Source of the DNA: Myxococcales bacterium
Lineage (GTDB): Bacteria; Desulfobacterota; Binatia; HRBIN30
Direction of reading: 5' to 3'
Assembly: GCA_037445065.1 (NCBI GenBank)
Contig: JBBILD010000009.1
Location: forward strand, 96,001 to 160,000
DNA length: 64,000 bases
A program made the translations under genes and the position numbers. The notes under the pieces are model-generated. The model had not been told where the DNA came from. It saw only the letters and a list, made by a program, of their open reading frames with translations, and searched no databases. Shown here piece after piece: positions 1-12,782 of the stretch (the stretch's first letter is position 1; each line of letters opens with the position of its first letter).

Positions 1-1
1 G

Positions 2-841
<840 letters not shown>

Positions 842-847
842 GCCTCG

Positions 848-1792
848 ATGCGCTGGTGGCATCGCCGCTCCACCGCCGCCACCTCGGCCACTCGCCCGCC
901 CGAGCTTCTGCCGCTCGACTGGTACCACAAGCTGGATCGGTTGCAGATCGGGCTGGCGCGGCCCTCAACTCCCCGCCTTGGCAGCAAACCGTTCCGCCGA
1001 GAAAGCGCGCACGGGCTCGAAGTCCACGCCTACCGCCCATATGCTTGGGGCGACGATCTGCGTCACCTGGATTGGAATGCGTACGCCCGCCTCGACCAGC
1101 CTCTGATCCGCCGTTTTCGCGCCGAACAAGAAAGCCTGACCTACGTGTTCGTGGACATCTCGCAATCCATGAGCGCCGACCCGACCGAAGACAAGCTCGC
1201 CTTCGCACGCACGCTGGCTGCCGGGCTCGCCTATGTGTGCCTGCGGCGGCACGAGCCCGTCCAGCTCGGTGCCTTTTCCAGTGCCCTGCCTGAAGGCTGC
1301 GCGCTGTCCGCGCGTTGGCGCCAGCGGCCGCAGTTCCTGTCCGCCATCCGTTTCCTCTCCGAGCTAGCAGCGCGGGGAGGAACCGACTTTGGCGCAGCAG
1401 CCGCCGCCCTCCTTCACCGCAACTTGCCCCCAGGTTTAGTGATCTTCCTTTCCGATTTCCTCGTACCTCTGGAGCAAGTCACCGGGCCACTGCGCCAGCT
1501 GCGCGCCCGCGGCTTGGCGGTGGCGGCCCTGCAGTTGCTCGCAGACAGCGACCGCGAGCCCTTCCAGGGCGGCCGGCAGTGGCGGCTGCGTGATGCCGAA
1601 AGCAGCGAGGAGCGCGAGGTATGGTGGGACGAGACAAGTCGCGCGCTGTACCGGCAGGCGCTCGATCGGCACGTCCAAGCGCTGCGCGACTTCTCTACCC
1701 AGCACGGCGTGCTGCACGTCGTCGTTCCCACCGCAAACGGTATCGAGCGCTGTTTTCTGGAGACACTCGTACAAGCGAGGCTGCTGTGCTGA
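848..1792 (+). CDS. DUF58 family protein (MoxR-associated, VWA-like)
   Basis: YRPYAWGDDLRHLDWNAYAR, DISQSM, VIFLSDF; directly follows moxR. Confidence 0.9.
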   Translation: MRWWHRRSTAATSATRPPELLPLDWYHKLDRLQIGLARPSTPRLGSKPFRRESAHGLEVHAYRPYAWGDDLRHLDWNAYARLDQPLIRRFRAEQESLTYVFVDISQSMSADPTEDKLAFARTLAAGLAYVCLRRHEPVQLGAFSSALPEGCALSARWRQRPQFLSAIRFLSELAARGGTDFGAAAAALLHRNLPPGLVIFLSDFLVPLEQVTGPLRQLRARGLAVAALQLLADSDREPFQGGRQWRLRDAESSEEREVWWDETSRALYRQALDRHVQALRDFSTQHGVLHVVVPTANGIERCFLETLVQARLLC

Positions 1793-1817
1793 GCCTGCAG
1801 GGGTAGAGGTTCTGGCG

Positions 1818-3665
1818 ATGGGTTTGCTCGAACCAAGTGCGCTCGTGTTTGCTTCCTTTGCCGTGCTGCTGTGGTGGTTGGCATGGCGAGAGCGCCGCCG
1901 GCGCGTGCGGACCGTGCCAGCCCTGTTCCTGTGGCAAGCCTTGCCTAGGCCCCCGGCTCGCCGCTCCTCGCTGCGCGACTGGCTATTGATCTTGCAGCTC
2001 GGAACACTGGCCGCCCTGGTCTTGGCGCTCGCCCGCCCGTACAGCGAGGCGGGGAGCCACGAAGCGGGTACCCGCCACCTGTTGGTGCTGGACCTGAGTG
2101 CCAGCATGCAAGCGCGGGAAGGGGAGAAAACGCGCTGGCAGCTTGCGCAAGCACGGGCCCGCGAGTACCTCGACCGGCTCGCGCCTACAGACGAGGTCGA
2201 GCTGGTTGGGGTGGCGCACCGCCTTCAAGTCTTGCTGCCAGCCACGCGCGATCGTGAGCAAGCGCGGCGTGTGTTGGAAGACACTGCGCCTTACGACAGC
2301 GAAAGCCAGTTAGCCACCGCGCTGGCAGAAATCTCCGCGTGGCGCCAGTCCGGCTCTGTGCACCGGGTCGCTGTGTTCTCCGATTTTGCCGATCCCGACC
2401 TGCCGCAACCTTTCCTCGAGCAGTTCGATCTCTTTCCCGTCGGCGGCACGGATCAGAACCTGGCGATCGAAGCCGTGCAGGTAACCCAGCACCCGTGGCA
2501 AGCCCCCGAGGATGTGCAAGCAACCGTGCACTTGCGCAACTTCTCGCGCCGCACGCAACACGGGTTGCTCAGCGTGGAGAGCGACGGCCAAGTGCTGCTG
2601 CAAAGCGGCCTCACTCTGGGAAGTGGGGAAAGCGTGCGGGTGCCGCTTCCGCGTCTCAAGAAATCTGGCTGGCTGGTGGCCAAACTCGCTGCCGATGACG
2701 CGCTCGCCGCCGACAACTTGGCCTGGGCATGGGTTGCTCCGCCAGAACCGCTCGAGCTTTGCCTCGTCGCCCCGCGGCAAAGCAACTGGCCGTGGCTGCG
2801 CGCTCTGCTTCACTCTGCATCCGTGCTGCGGGCGGCTCCCCCGGATTGCGTGCGCGAGCGCGCGCGGGGGCGAACCGTGTACCTCTTTTACCGTACTCTG
2901 CCTCCGGCTTCGTTTGCGGCACCGGCACTGGTGATCCATCCACCGCCAAGGGAGGAAGGAGAAGGGGGGAGGTTATCACGCGCCAGCATTGCGGATTGGG
3001 ACGGCTCGCACCCGCTGTGGCAGCATGCACTTCCAGATTTGCAGGCAACGGTCGAGCGCGTCTCGCTCTATCCGACGCCGGCAGACGCGAGCGTTGCCCT
3101 TTGGGGACGAGTTCAGGAGCGAGTCGTGCCCTTGGTGTGGTCGGTGTCGGGGAACGACACAGCCGGACGGCAAGTATGGGTGGCGTTCGACTTGCCGGGG
3201 AAGCTCGAGCTTTCCACCGACGATGAGGGCTGGACGGTGTTTTTCTTCGAAACCCTGGCTTTTCTCGCCCCGCCGAACCCTCAACCTTCGCTTTGGGTCG
3301 CGGGCCGCGCCGCGCCGCTGCCGCCGGGTGCGGGGGCGACGCGGATCCATGGCCCCCGCCAGCAGCAGCAGACCTTAGGCCCCGAGCAGAACTGGTTTGT
3401 GCCTCTGTGGCAGGGAGAGTACCGCCTCGAGCGGGACGAGCAGGTGCGCACTGCGATCGTACAAGCCGCGCGCGGCGCGGAGTCGGACATTGCTCCCAAA
3501 CTTGCCGTTACCCACCCGTCCGCAGCCAGCCAGCAGCCGGCACGGCGCCCGGCAGCGGTGCGCCCAAGGCAGGAGTGGACCACCTGGATGCTGGCTCTAG
3601 GTGCGATCGTTCTCCTCGTAGAGGCGTGGGCGGTTAGCCAGGGGGTGCGATGGAACGGCCACTGA
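1818..3665 (+). CDS. BatA-type N-terminal / VWA domain membrane protein
   Basis: N-terminal TM + VPALFLW + LALARP (BatA-like), MIDAS DLSASM, DNLAW, C-terminal TM; start chosen at ATG 1818. Confidence 0.85.
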   Translation: MGLLEPSALVFASFAVLLWWLAWRERRRRVRTVPALFLWQALPRPPARRSSLRDWLLILQLGTLAALVLALARPYSEAGSHEAGTRHLLVLDLSASMQAREGEKTRWQLAQARAREYLDRLAPTDEVELVGVAHRLQVLLPATRDREQARRVLEDTAPYDSESQLATALAEISAWRQSGSVHRVAVFSDFADPDLPQPFLEQFDLFPVGGTDQNLAIEAVQVTQHPWQAPEDVQATVHLRNFSRRTQHGLLSVESDGQVLLQSGLTLGSGESVRVPLPRLKKSGWLVAKLAADDALAADNLAWAWVAPPEPLELCLVAPRQSNWPWLRALLHSASVLRAAPPDCVRERARGRTVYLFYRTLPPASFAAPALVIHPPPREEGEGGRLSRASIADWDGSHPLWQHALPDLQATVERVSLYPTPADASVALWGRVQERVVPLVWSVSGNDTAGRQVWVAFDLPGKLELSTDDEGWTVFFFETLAFLAPPNPQPSLWVAGRAAPLPPGAGATRIHGPRQQQQTLGPEQNWFVPLWQGEYRLERDEQVRTAIVQAARGAESDIAPKLAVTHPSAASQQPARRPAAVRPRQEWTTWMLALGAIVLLVEAWAVSQGVRWNGH

Positions 3666-6274
3666 GTTGGGCCTTCTTGTGGGAGCATCTAGCCAGCGCC
3701 TCGTTCACGACTGGCGCCCCGGCTTGGCTCCTCATCGCCCCATTGGGAGCCGCCTGGATCGCCTGGCTTGCCTGGCGCTGCCGCTGGCGTCCGGGGCTGG
3801 TGGCGCTTCGCTTCGTGGCCTGGTTCGCGGTGGTGGCCGGCCTAGCCAGGGTCGCGCTCGAGTTCGCCCTCCCGCAGCGGCCGCTCGCTGTGGTGGCAGC
3901 GGTGGATCACTCCGCGAGCATCGGCACGGCGGGCCGCCAGTGGCAAGAGCAGTATGTGGCGGAATTGGAGCGGCGCCTCGGCCCAGACGACTCCCTCAGC
4001 GTGGTTGCCTTTGCCGGTCGCAGTGAAGTGCTGGCGTGGCCAGGGCGTCCTGGCCCAATCCACTGGGATGCCACAGAGTTGGACGAGGGGAGTACCGACA
4101 TCGCCCAGGCCCTGCGCCGTGCAGCGGATTTGTTTCCGCTCGAACACGAGCGCCGCCTCGTGCTGCTGAGCGACGGCAACGAAACCCGTTCGCAGGCGCT
4201 GAGCGAGGCGCCCCTCCTGCGCGCCCTCGGCATCCAGGTGTTCTCTGCAGTGCCACCGCTACCGGAAGCCAGTGGCGGGCGTGTGCGCAAAGTGTTTGCG
4301 GCTCCCTGGCTGCATGCGCACAGCCCGGCGTCTTTGCACATCGGCATGGATTACCGCGGGCGCGGGGAAAGTCACCAGTTGGTCCAACTGTGGTTCAACG
4401 GCAGTCTGGTCCAGGAGCAATCGCTGACCCTGCAACCCGGGCCGAATCTGATTTCGTTCGATTGGCAAGCGCCGGTCGCCGGAGCCTACCACTGGCGCGT
4501 GCGCTTGCGGGCTGCCTCGGGAGCGACGGGCGGGCACGAAGCCGAAACGGAGGTCGCGGTCGGTGGCCCACTGCGCGTCCTTGTGGTCGCGCCGCGCCCC
4601 CGCTCGCTGCTCGCGCAGCTCTGGCGCGAGCGCGGCTGGGAGGTGTTGCAGCGCTCGCCCGAGCGGCTGCGCGGCGAGCGGAGCGATTGGGACGCTCTCC
4701 ACGCCGTGGCGCTCGAGGACGTAGCCAGTGCAGACCTGCCCATGGCGTTCTGGAGTGCCCTGCGACGTTTTGCGGAGGAAGGCGGAGGCGTGCTCGTGGT
4801 GGGCAACCACCGCACGTACAACGATACCGCTCTCAGTCGCACGCCGCTTGCAGAGGTCCTACCCGTCTCGCCCCATCCCTCTCCCCCACCACGGCGAGAG
4901 CGCGCGCCACTGTCGCTCGTGCTGGTCCTCGATCGCTCGAACAGCATGGCCTACCACGTGCACCGCCGCCTCGAGCGCAGCGAAAGCGAGTCCAAGCTCG
5001 CGTACGCCAAGCGAGCAGCGCTGAACCTCATTGATCAGTTGCGAGACACCGACTGGGTCGGTTTTGTGGCCTTCGACTCGCAAATGTACGAAGTGGCGCC
5101 TCTCCGCCCGCTGGCAGAGAACCGGGCGTGGCTCGAGGCCAACATCCCGCGGATCGCACCGGGTGGGGGCACAGACTTTTACGAAGCGCTCGCCCACGCC
5201 TGTCGAGTTCTCGTCGCCGCGCGGGCGGAAGTACCGCATATCATTTTGCTCACCGATGGCGACACCAACCGCGCAGCCGCCGAGCACGACGCGCTGATTG
5301 CGGAACTCGAGCGGGCAGGGGTGCGAGTCACCACCATCCGCATTGGCGACGACACCGTCAACCTCGAACTACTCCAGGCCATCTCGGCGCGCACTGGCGG
5401 CAACTTCTACCATGTGCAAGACGCGACCCGCCTGCCAGAACTCCTGTTGCACGACACTGCGCAAACCATCCAGCAAGCCTCGCGCGGCTCTGCGCGCTAT
5501 GCGGTGCGGGTTGCCTCGCCATCCTCTCTCTTGCGCAACATCCCGCTCGAGCAACTACCGGATCTGGGTGGTTACGCCGGCGCCCGCCTCAAGCCCGAGG
5601 CGCGTCTGGTGTTGACGGTCGGAAGCGCGGAGCGCTCTGACCCGCTGCTCGCGGTGTGGAACTATGGGCTCGGCCGAGTTGCGGCTTTTACGGCAAGCCT
5701 CAGTAACGGAGCGGAGACGTGGGCCAGCTGGCCGGATCTCGGTAAATTTTTCGATCAGCTCGCTCGCTGGGCAGCGCGCGAGCGGGCGCCAGCCGACCTG
5801 TGGGTTCGAACAGGCCGGGACGGGCCACAGGTGCGGCTGGAGCTGCTGACCGACCCAACCGCAGAGTGGGGCGAAGCGCGCGGCCGCCTCAGTTGGGGAG
5901 ACCAGGTTGCCGACGTATTGTTTGCGCGCGAAGAAGCCGGACGCCTGGTTGCGCTTCTTCCCACCACGCCGGCCGGCCTCGCAGAACTTACGCTTTGGTT
6001 CCGCCGCAGCGGGCGAGAGCCGGAGGAGCGGCGCTTTGCCGTCTACTTGGCCGGACCTCGGCAAGCAGTGGAGGAAACTCTCCCCCCGAACCGGAGTTTG
6101 CTCGAGTCGTTGGCGCAAGCTACCGGCGGCCGAGCGGGGGCCACCCCAGCGCAAGTGGTGGCGCGCGCTAGTGGGGAGCGCTCGCTGGAAGTCTCGCTGC
6201 AGTGGCTGTGGCTCCCGCTGGCCATCGTGGCCTTCGTGGCGGAAGTCGCCATCCGGCGACTCTTCCTCCCCTGA
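3650..6274 (+). CDS. Double-VWA domain membrane protein with glutamine-amidotransferase-like domain
   Basis: Two MIDAS motifs (DHSAS...LLSDG; DRSNS...LLTDG), GLGRVAAF...W, terminal TM helices; overlaps upstream stop. Confidence 0.85.
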   Translation: MERPLSWAFLWEHLASASFTTGAPAWLLIAPLGAAWIAWLAWRCRWRPGLVALRFVAWFAVVAGLARVALEFALPQRPLAVVAAVDHSASIGTAGRQWQEQYVAELERRLGPDDSLSVVAFAGRSEVLAWPGRPGPIHWDATELDEGSTDIAQALRRAADLFPLEHERRLVLLSDGNETRSQALSEAPLLRALGIQVFSAVPPLPEASGGRVRKVFAAPWLHAHSPASLHIGMDYRGRGESHQLVQLWFNGSLVQEQSLTLQPGPNLISFDWQAPVAGAYHWRVRLRAASGATGGHEAETEVAVGGPLRVLVVAPRPRSLLAQLWRERGWEVLQRSPERLRGERSDWDALHAVALEDVASADLPMAFWSALRRFAEEGGGVLVVGNHRTYNDTALSRTPLAEVLPVSPHPSPPPRRERAPLSLVLVLDRSNSMAYHVHRRLERSESESKLAYAKRAALNLIDQLRDTDWVGFVAFDSQMYEVAPLRPLAENRAWLEANIPRIAPGGGTDFYEALAHACRVLVAARAEVPHIILLTDGDTNRAAAEHDALIAELERAGVRVTTIRIGDDTVNLELLQAISARTGGNFYHVQDATRLPELLLHDTAQTIQQASRGSARYAVRVASPSSLLRNIPLEQLPDLGGYAGARLKPEARLVLTVGSAERSDPLLAVWNYGLGRVAAFTASLSNGAETWASWPDLGKFFDQLARWAARERAPADLWVRTGRDGPQVRLELLTDPTAEWGEARGRLSWGDQVADVLFAREEAGRLVALLPTTPAGLAELTLWFRRSGREPEERRFAVYLAGPRQAVEETLPPNRSLLESLAQATGGRAGATPAQVVARASGERSLEVSLQWLWLPLAIVAFVAEVAIRRLFLP

Positions 6275-6446
6275 GGCTTAACGCCAAGGGCGGCATCTCC
6301 CCGCTGCAACCGGCACGGCACCCGGTCAATTGCGGCTTCAGCTATCAGCTTGCGGAGAAGGTTTCGACACCGCCAATCGAGGTGTCGATCCGTCTTGTCA
6401 GAAGCTACGCTTCGCAGCACAATGCCGGGTAGCGGGGAAGCGACCC

Positions 6447-7976
6447 ATGGAGAACAAGGTGAGCAGCAAGATCGTGATTGTCGGCAGCGGCTTCGGTGGC
6501 TTGGGCCTGGCGATCCAGCTCAAGCGGGCTGGCTTTCACGATTTCGTCATCCTGGAGAAAGAAGCCACTCTCGGGGGGACGTGGCGGGACAACTCCTATC
6601 CCGGCGCGGCGTGCGACGTGCCGTCGTTTTCGTACTGCTTCTCGTTCGCACAAAAAAAGGACTGGTCGCGCAAGTGGTCTCCGCAATCGGAGATTTTTGC
6701 CTACATGCAGGAGCTTGCGCGCGAGCACGACTTGCTCCCGCACATCCGCTTCCGCCAGGTGGTGAGCAGCGCCCGCTTCGATCCAGCGCACGCGCAGTGG
6801 AAGGTACGCACCCGTTCCGGTGAGACGTTTCCGGGCAACGCCTTAGTGATGGGTGTGGGGCAGTTGCACGAGCCGCTCATTCCTGACATCCCTGGGCGCG
6901 ATCGCTTCTCCGGGAAGTCCTTCCACTCGGCGCGGTGGGACCACTCGTACGATCTGCGCGGCAAGCGCGTAGCCGTGATCGGCAACGCTGCCAGTGCCAT
7001 CCAATTCATTCCGCAAATCGCCCCGCAAGTGCGCGAGCTTTGGATTTTTCAGCGCAGCGCCAACTGGATGCTGCCGCGGGGCGATCGGGCGTACACGGCG
7101 TTCGAGAAGTGGCTGTTTCGCTCTGTCCCAGGATGGACCGAGCTGTACCGCTTCCTGCTCTGGCTCCGCCTAGAACTGCTGTTCTTGCCGGTGATCCAGC
7201 GCAAGCAGTGGGCCGTGCGCTTCTATCGGCGGCTCGCCCTCAAGTACCTGGAAGAGACGGTTCGCGATCCCAAGCTGCGCGAAAAGCTGGTGCCGGACTA
7301 CCCCATCGGCGCCAAGCGGATCCTGATTTCTGACGACTACTACCAAACCCTCAACCTGCCCCACGTGCAGGTGATTACCGAGAGGATCGAGCAGTGCACG
7401 GAGCGGCGAATCCGTACCCGCGACGGGCGAGAGTTCGAGGTGGACGCGATCATCTTCGCTACAGGTTTTCGCACCAACCCCTTTCTTGCCGGAATGGAGA
7501 TCGAGGGGCTGCCGGGGCACGTGCTGGCACGCGACTGGGCCAATGGCGCCTACGCCTACTACGGCATCACCGTACCCGGCTACCCGAACTTTTTCCTCCT
7601 GTACGGGCCGAATACCAACCTGGGCCACAACTCGATCTTGTTCATGCTCGAGTGCCAGTTTCACTACATTGTGCAAGCGCTTTCCTTGCTCGCGCGGCAA
7701 GGGGCCGCCTACCTGGAAGTGCGGCAGGACGTGTTCGAGGCTTTTTATCGCGACATCCAGCAGGCGCTGGCGCAAACGGCGTGGGCCCACGTGCCGCATA
7801 GTTGGTACAAAGACTCGGCCGGGAGAATCACCAACAATTGGCCCTATTCCACGTTCTGGTACTGGTGGAAGACCCGCCGCCTCGAGCCGCGGGACTACCG
7901 CCTGGTACGCTGGGCGGAACTGGCGCAGGAACCTGTGCCCAGCGAGCTGGTAGCCACCGCCGCCGGAGTTGCCTGA
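6447..7976 (+). CDS. Baeyer-Villiger type flavin-containing monooxygenase
   Basis: GSGFGG, GGTWRDNSYPGAACD, BVMO fingerprint FSGKSFHSARWDH, ATGF. Confidence 0.92.
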   Translation: MENKVSSKIVIVGSGFGGLGLAIQLKRAGFHDFVILEKEATLGGTWRDNSYPGAACDVPSFSYCFSFAQKKDWSRKWSPQSEIFAYMQELAREHDLLPHIRFRQVVSSARFDPAHAQWKVRTRSGETFPGNALVMGVGQLHEPLIPDIPGRDRFSGKSFHSARWDHSYDLRGKRVAVIGNAASAIQFIPQIAPQVRELWIFQRSANWMLPRGDRAYTAFEKWLFRSVPGWTELYRFLLWLRLELLFLPVIQRKQWAVRFYRRLALKYLEETVRDPKLREKLVPDYPIGAKRILISDDYYQTLNLPHVQVITERIEQCTERRIRTRDGREFEVDAIIFATGFRTNPFLAGMEIEGLPGHVLARDWANGAYAYYGITVPGYPNFFLLYGPNTNLGHNSILFMLECQFHYIVQALSLLARQGAAYLEVRQDVFEAFYRDIQQALAQTAWAHVPHSWYKDSAGRITNNWPYSTFWYWWKTRRLEPRDYRLVRWAELAQEPVPSELVATAAGVA

Positions 7977-8044
7977 ACGCCTCGCCTCGCCCTCGACGCG
8001 AGCCAGCGAACGGGCCGCGCACCCACCGGTGCGCGGCCGCAGAG

Positions 8045-8118
<74 letters not shown>

Positions 8119-8210
8119 GTAAGGGTGCCCACACCTAGCGAAGGTTCCCTCGGGCGTCAACGCACGCCAACCCTCGCACGAAGCGGCTTCTCTGTTACCA
8201 GAGGCGAACC

Positions 8211-10502
8211 ATGTTGGCGGCCTGGGTGTTGGCTGGTTTTTTGTGCGCCGGGGCGGCGCCTTTTATCGTGCGCTTGCTCGGCCAGCGGGCTTGCTGGGTG
8301 CTTGCCTTGTATCCGTTCACTGCGCTCCTGCTTGCGCTGGTCTCCTTGCCTGCTCCCGCAAGCGAAGAGGTACTGTTCTCGTGGCTCCCGCAGTTCGGCT
8401 TGAGTTGGGGCACGTACGCGGACGGCCTCGCCCGCTTGTTCGCGGTGCTGATCGGCGGCATCGGCGTTTTGATTGTGCTGTACGCCGGCGACTACCTTCA
8501 CGACCATCCCCATTTGGGCCGCTTTTACGCCTATTTGATCGGGTTTACCGCTTCGATGTTGGGACTGGTGCTGGCCCACAACTTCTTCATGCTGTTTGTG
8601 TGCTGGGAACTCACCAGCGTCTTTTCTTATTTGCTGATCGGCTTCGAAGCCGCAGAAGAAAAATCCCGCAAAGCCGCGTGGCAGGCGCTGCTGACCACCA
8701 GCCTCGGCGGCGTTGCGCTGTTGGTTGGCTTCCTACTCCTCGAGCGCATGGCGGGCACTTGGACTTTTGCCAGCCTGCTCTCCGGCGCTCGGCTCAGCGC
8801 GACACAGCCCGAGTACGTGCCTACCTTGGCGCTCGTGCTGCTCGCCGCCTTCACAAAATCGGCACAGTTTCCGTTTCATTTTTGGCTGCCGGCAGCCATG
8901 GCTGCGCCCACGCCGGTCAGTGCCTATTTGCACTCGGCAACGATGGTGAAGGCTGGTGTCTTCCTGTTGGCTCGCCTGACGCCAGTGTTGGGAGATTCCC
9001 CGCTTTGGCAGGTTGCACTGACGAGCTGCGGCGCTGCCACGATGCTGGCAGGTGCTCTGCTGGCTGTGCTGCAGAGTGACGGCAAGCTCTTGCTCGCCTA
9101 TTCCACCGTGAGCGCGCTGGGAACGCTCGTGTTTCTGCTCGGCGCGGGAACTCCCGAAGCGGCGAGCGCGGCAGTGGTGTTTCTCTTTGCCCACGCCTTG
9201 TACAAAGGTGGGCTCTTTTTGAGCGTGGGGATCGTGGATCATGCAACGGGCTCGCGTGACTTCGACCAGCTTTCCGGGCTGGCACGTGCCCTTCCGGCGG
9301 TGACGGCAATCATGGCCATCCTTCTTCTATCCCTGGCTGGAATCCCGCCCACCCTCGGATTCGTCGCCAAGGAACAGCTCCTCGAAACCACCCTGCACCA
9401 TGAGCCCGCGCAGGCATTGGTCGCGCTCGCCGCAACGCTGGTGGCCGCCGCCTGCCAAGTCGCGATCGCCGGCGTCCTGTTGCGGCCCTTCGTGGTTCTG
9501 CCAACGCACTCGCCGGCGGGAAGCCACCACCACGGCACATCGGCTCTGCTCTTTGCCGGCCCGGCGCTGCTCGCTGCTGCCTCCTTGCTGGCTGTGGCAC
9601 TTGCCAGTCCGGTATCGGCCATGCTGCTCGAGCCGGCAGCGCGTGCTGTGCATGGCAACGCTCGTGTCCAGCTCGCCTTGTGGCACGGCCTTACCCCAGC
9701 GCTCGCCGCCAGCGCCGCAGCTCTGGTTCTCGGTGTGGGCATCTTCCTGGCCCGCCAGCGCTGGCTCGCAGCATGGCGCGCACACAGTTGGATCGGGAGA
9801 TTCGGGCCGGCTGGCGCCTACGAGCAGGTGCTCCTCCTCCTCAATGCGGTCGCCAAGTGGCAAACGCTCCGCTTGCAAAGCGGTTTCTTACGCCAGTACC
9901 AGGTTTTCTTTCTGCTCAGCGCGGTGCTGGCTCTGGCCGGATTGTGGCTAGTGCGGCCGTCGCCCCTGCCCGTTGTCGAGCCGGGGAACGTTCACGTATT
10001 CGAAGCAGCCACCGCTGCTGCCGCCGTACTTGGAGCCGCGATTGCGCTACGCGCTCAGTCGCGGCTCACGGCCGTCGTCGGTCTCGGAGTTACAGGTTAC
10101 AGCGTGGCGCTTCTTTTTCTGCTGTTTGGCGCACCCGACCTCGCCATGACTCAATTTGCGGTGGAAACGCTGACGGTGGTGCTGTTCGTTCTCGTGCTCT
10201 ACCGCCTGCCTCCGTTCCTTTCGCGCTCGAGCAGGAGCGCGCGGCTGCGCGACGCGCTGCTGTCGCTCGCGTTTGGGGCCCTCGTGACCCTTTCCCTGCT
10301 TTCGGTTACGCGCCATTCCGGCGCTTCGCGCCTGGCTCCTTACTTCCTCGAGCACAGCCTGCCATCGGGGAAAGGACGGAACGTGGTCAACGTGATCCTG
10401 GTGGATTTTCGCAGTTTGGACACGCTCGGCGAAATCACCGTGCTCGGCATCGCTGCGCTCGGCGTGGCCGCACTGCTGACGCGAGTTCGGGGGGACTCAT
10501 GA
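8211..10502 (+). CDS. mrpA: Mrp Na+/H+ antiporter subunit A
   Basis: [60 protein letters not shown]. Confidence 0.95.
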   Translation: MLAAWVLAGFLCAGAAPFIVRLLGQRACWVLALYPFTALLLALVSLPAPASEEVLFSWLPQFGLSWGTYADGLARLFAVLIGGIGVLIVLYAGDYLHDHPHLGRFYAYLIGFTASMLGLVLAHNFFMLFVCWELTSVFSYLLIGFEAAEEKSRKAAWQALLTTSLGGVALLVGFLLLERMAGTWTFASLLSGARLSATQPEYVPTLALVLLAAFTKSAQFPFHFWLPAAMAAPTPVSAYLHSATMVKAGVFLLARLTPVLGDSPLWQVALTSCGAATMLAGALLAVLQSDGKLLLAYSTVSALGTLVFLLGAGTPEAASAAVVFLFAHALYKGGLFLSVGIVDHATGSRDFDQLSGLARALPAVTAIMAILLLSLAGIPPTLGFVAKEQLLETTLHHEPAQALVALAATLVAAACQVAIAGVLLRPFVVLPTHSPAGSHHHGTSALLFAGPALLAAASLLAVALASPVSAMLLEPAARAVHGNARVQLALWHGLTPALAASAAALVLGVGIFLARQRWLAAWRAHSWIGRFGPAGAYEQVLLLLNAVAKWQTLRLQSGFLRQYQVFFLLSAVLALAGLWLVRPSPLPVVEPGNVHVFEAATAAAAVLGAAIALRAQSRLTAVVGLGVTGYSVALLFLLFGAPDLAMTQFAVETLTVVLFVLVLYRLPPFLSRSSRSARLRDALLSLAFGALVTLSLLSVTRHSGASRLAPYFLEHSLPSGKGRNVVNVILVDFRSLDTLGEITVLGIAALGVAALLTRVRGDS

Positions 10503-10906
10503 GGTCCCTGATCTTGGCCACCGCTACCCGCTACCTGATGCCCCTGTTGCTGCTGTTCTCGGTCTTCCTACTCCTGCGCGGCCACAACGAACCAGGAGGG
10601 GGGTTTGTTGGCGGTCTGGTGGCCGGTTGTGCGCTCGCCTTGCATGCGGTGGCGCACGGGATTCGCGCCACACGTGCCTTCGTTCCGGTGGAGCCGGTGA
10701 CCCTCATTGCCCTGGGGTTGGGACTCGCTGGAGGCTCGGGCATGCTCGCCTGGCTTTGGGAAGCACCGTTCCTCACCGGCCTGTGGTTGGGTTTTGTGGT
10801 GCCTGGGGTCGGCAAACTGGGTACGCCGCTCCTGTTCGACGTTGGGGTCTATGTGCTCGTGATCGGAGTATTGGCCAAGGTGTTTTTCGTGTTGTGGGAA
10901 GAGTGA
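10499..10906 (+). CDS. mrpB: Mrp antiporter subunit B
   Basis: [26 protein letters not shown] overlap with mrpA. Confidence 0.93.
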   Translation: MRSLILATATRYLMPLLLLFSVFLLLRGHNEPGGGFVGGLVAGCALALHAVAHGIRATRAFVPVEPVTLIALGLGLAGGSGMLAWLWEAPFLTGLWLGFVVPGVGKLGTPLLFDVGVYVLVIGVLAKVFFVLWEE

Positions 10907-10908
10907 GT

Positions 10909-11286
10909 ATGGAGATCGTGCTGGCGGTGCTTGTCGGGCTTTTATTCGCGGCGGCCCTGTATCTGATGCTGCGACGCAGTATCGTGAAGCTCATCATCGG
11001 GCTCGGCTTTCTGGGTCATGCCGCCAACTTGCTCATTTTCACCGCTGGCGGTCTCAACCGTTCCGCCCCGCTGGTCTCGCTGCAAACCAATGCGGTGCCG
11101 GAAGGATCTGCCGATCCCGTTCCCCAAGCCTTGATTCTCACCGCGATCGTGATTGGCTTTGCGGTAAGCGCGTTCGCCATTGTGTTGGTCAAACGCACGG
11201 CCGCGGTGGCCGGGACGGACGACGTTGACGCTTTGCGCACATCCGAGCTGCCCGAGGGTGGCAGCGCCGAAGGAGAGAAGCTGTGA
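10909..11286 (+). CDS. mrpC: Mrp antiporter subunit C
   Basis: [17 protein letters not shown]. Confidence 0.93.
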   Translation: MEIVLAVLVGLLFAAALYLMLRRSIVKLIIGLGFLGHAANLLIFTAGGLNRSAPLVSLQTNAVPEGSADPVPQALILTAIVIGFAVSAFAIVLVKRTAAVAGTDDVDALRTSELPEGGSAEGEKL

Positions 11287-12779
11287 GCGGCACTGCGCAC
11301 GGTTGGCTTGTTTTGCCACTCTTGCTTCCGCTGCTCGGAGCGCCGGTGTTGCTGCCTTGGGCTCCCGGCGTGCAGCGCACGGTGAGTGCCGTGCTCGCCG
11401 CGCTGACCGTCCTCGCCAGTGCGGTGCTGTTGTCGCTGGTGCGGGGTGGCGAGGTCATTGCCGTCGGGGTGGGAAGCTGGCCCGCGCCATTCGGGGTCGT
11501 ACTCGCTGCCGACACGCTCAGCGGATTGCTCCTGCTCGTCACCTCGTCGCTCACCCTGCTTTCGCTGCTCTACTCTCGGCACGGAGTTCCGGGCGAGCAA
11601 CAGGAGCGATGGTACTTCCCGCTCGTCTTGCTGCTGGAAGCCGGCGTGCACGGAGCCTTGCTCACGGGCGATGTGTTCAACTTGTACGTGTGGTTCGAAG
11701 TGTTGCTCATGGCCTCCTTCGTTTTGCTCACCTTGGGGGGAGAGAGATCGCAGTTAGAAGGAGGTCTTAAGTACGTCACGCTGAACTTACTGGCCTCGGC
11801 TTTTTTTCTGGCCGGAGTCGGGACCCTCTACGGCTACGCCGGATCGCTGAACCTCGCGGATCTCCATCTTCTCGCACAGTTCCGCAGCGATGAGCTGCCG
11901 TGGCTGATTGCGCTGGCCCTGCTGTTCTTCGCGTTTGGGGCAAAAGCCGCAGTGTTCCCGCTCTTTGGCTGGCTCCCCGCTTCCTACCACACCCCACCCG
12001 CGGCGCTAACCGCATTGTTCTCGGCGCTGCTGACCAAAGTGGGGGTGTACGCGATGATCCGGGTCGGCACCTTATTGCTTCCCGACCCTCCACAATGGCT
12101 TCAGTCCGCTCTCCTCGCCATTGCCGCTCTGACCATGATCACCGGGGTGCTCGGTGCGGTTGCACAAGTCGAGATGAAGCGGCTCCTTTCCTTCCATATC
12201 GTGAGCCAGATCGGCTACCTGGTCATGGGGTTTGCACTGGGCAACGCGGCCGGGTTGGCCGGGGCCATCTTCTTCTTCGTGCATGTCATCGTCGCCAAAG
12301 CGGCGCTGTTTTTCGTAGCCGGGGTAGTCGAGCACCGCTTTGGCACCGCACAACTGGCGATGGTGGGCGGGCACTACGCACGCGACCCAGGCCTGGCGGC
12401 GGCGTGTTTTGTCGCGGCCATGGCGCTTGCCGGCTTACCGCCGTTCTCTGGGTTTGTTGCCAAGCTGCAGTTGGTGCACGCCGGGCTGGAGGCCGAGGCG
12501 TATGTTACCGTGGCAGCGGCGATCGGGGTGAGTCTTCTGACCCTGTACTCGATGACCAAAATCTGGGCCGAGGCGTTTTGGAAGGACGCGCCGAATCCCC
12601 CGGTGCGCCACGGCTGGGCGGACAAAGCGCCACTGGCCATGCGCCTGCCTTCGTACCTGCTCGCCGGCGTGAGCCTGCTGCTCGGGCTAATGGCTGCCCC
12701 GCTGCTCGACCTCGCTCATGCGAGCGCAAACCAACTACTCGAGCCAGAGGCCTACGTGACCGCGGTGTTCGGGAGGTAA
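11283..12779 (+). CDS. mrpD: Mrp antiporter subunit D
   Basis: [46 protein letters not shown]. Confidence 0.94.
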   Translation: MSGTAHGWLVLPLLLPLLGAPVLLPWAPGVQRTVSAVLAALTVLASAVLLSLVRGGEVIAVGVGSWPAPFGVVLAADTLSGLLLLVTSSLTLLSLLYSRHGVPGEQQERWYFPLVLLLEAGVHGALLTGDVFNLYVWFEVLLMASFVLLTLGGERSQLEGGLKYVTLNLLASAFFLAGVGTLYGYAGSLNLADLHLLAQFRSDELPWLIALALLFFAFGAKAAVFPLFGWLPASYHTPPAALTALFSALLTKVGVYAMIRVGTLLLPDPPQWLQSALLAIAALTMITGVLGAVAQVEMKRLLSFHIVSQIGYLVMGFALGNAAGLAGAIFFFVHVIVAKAALFFVAGVVEHRFGTAQLAMVGGHYARDPGLAAACFVAAMALAGLPPFSGFVAKLQLVHAGLEAEAYVTVAAAIGVSLLTLYSMTKIWAEAFWKDAPNPPVRHGWADKAPLAMRLPSYLLAGVSLLLGLMAAPLLDLAHASANQLLEPEAYVTAVFGR

Positions 12780-12782
12780 GCC

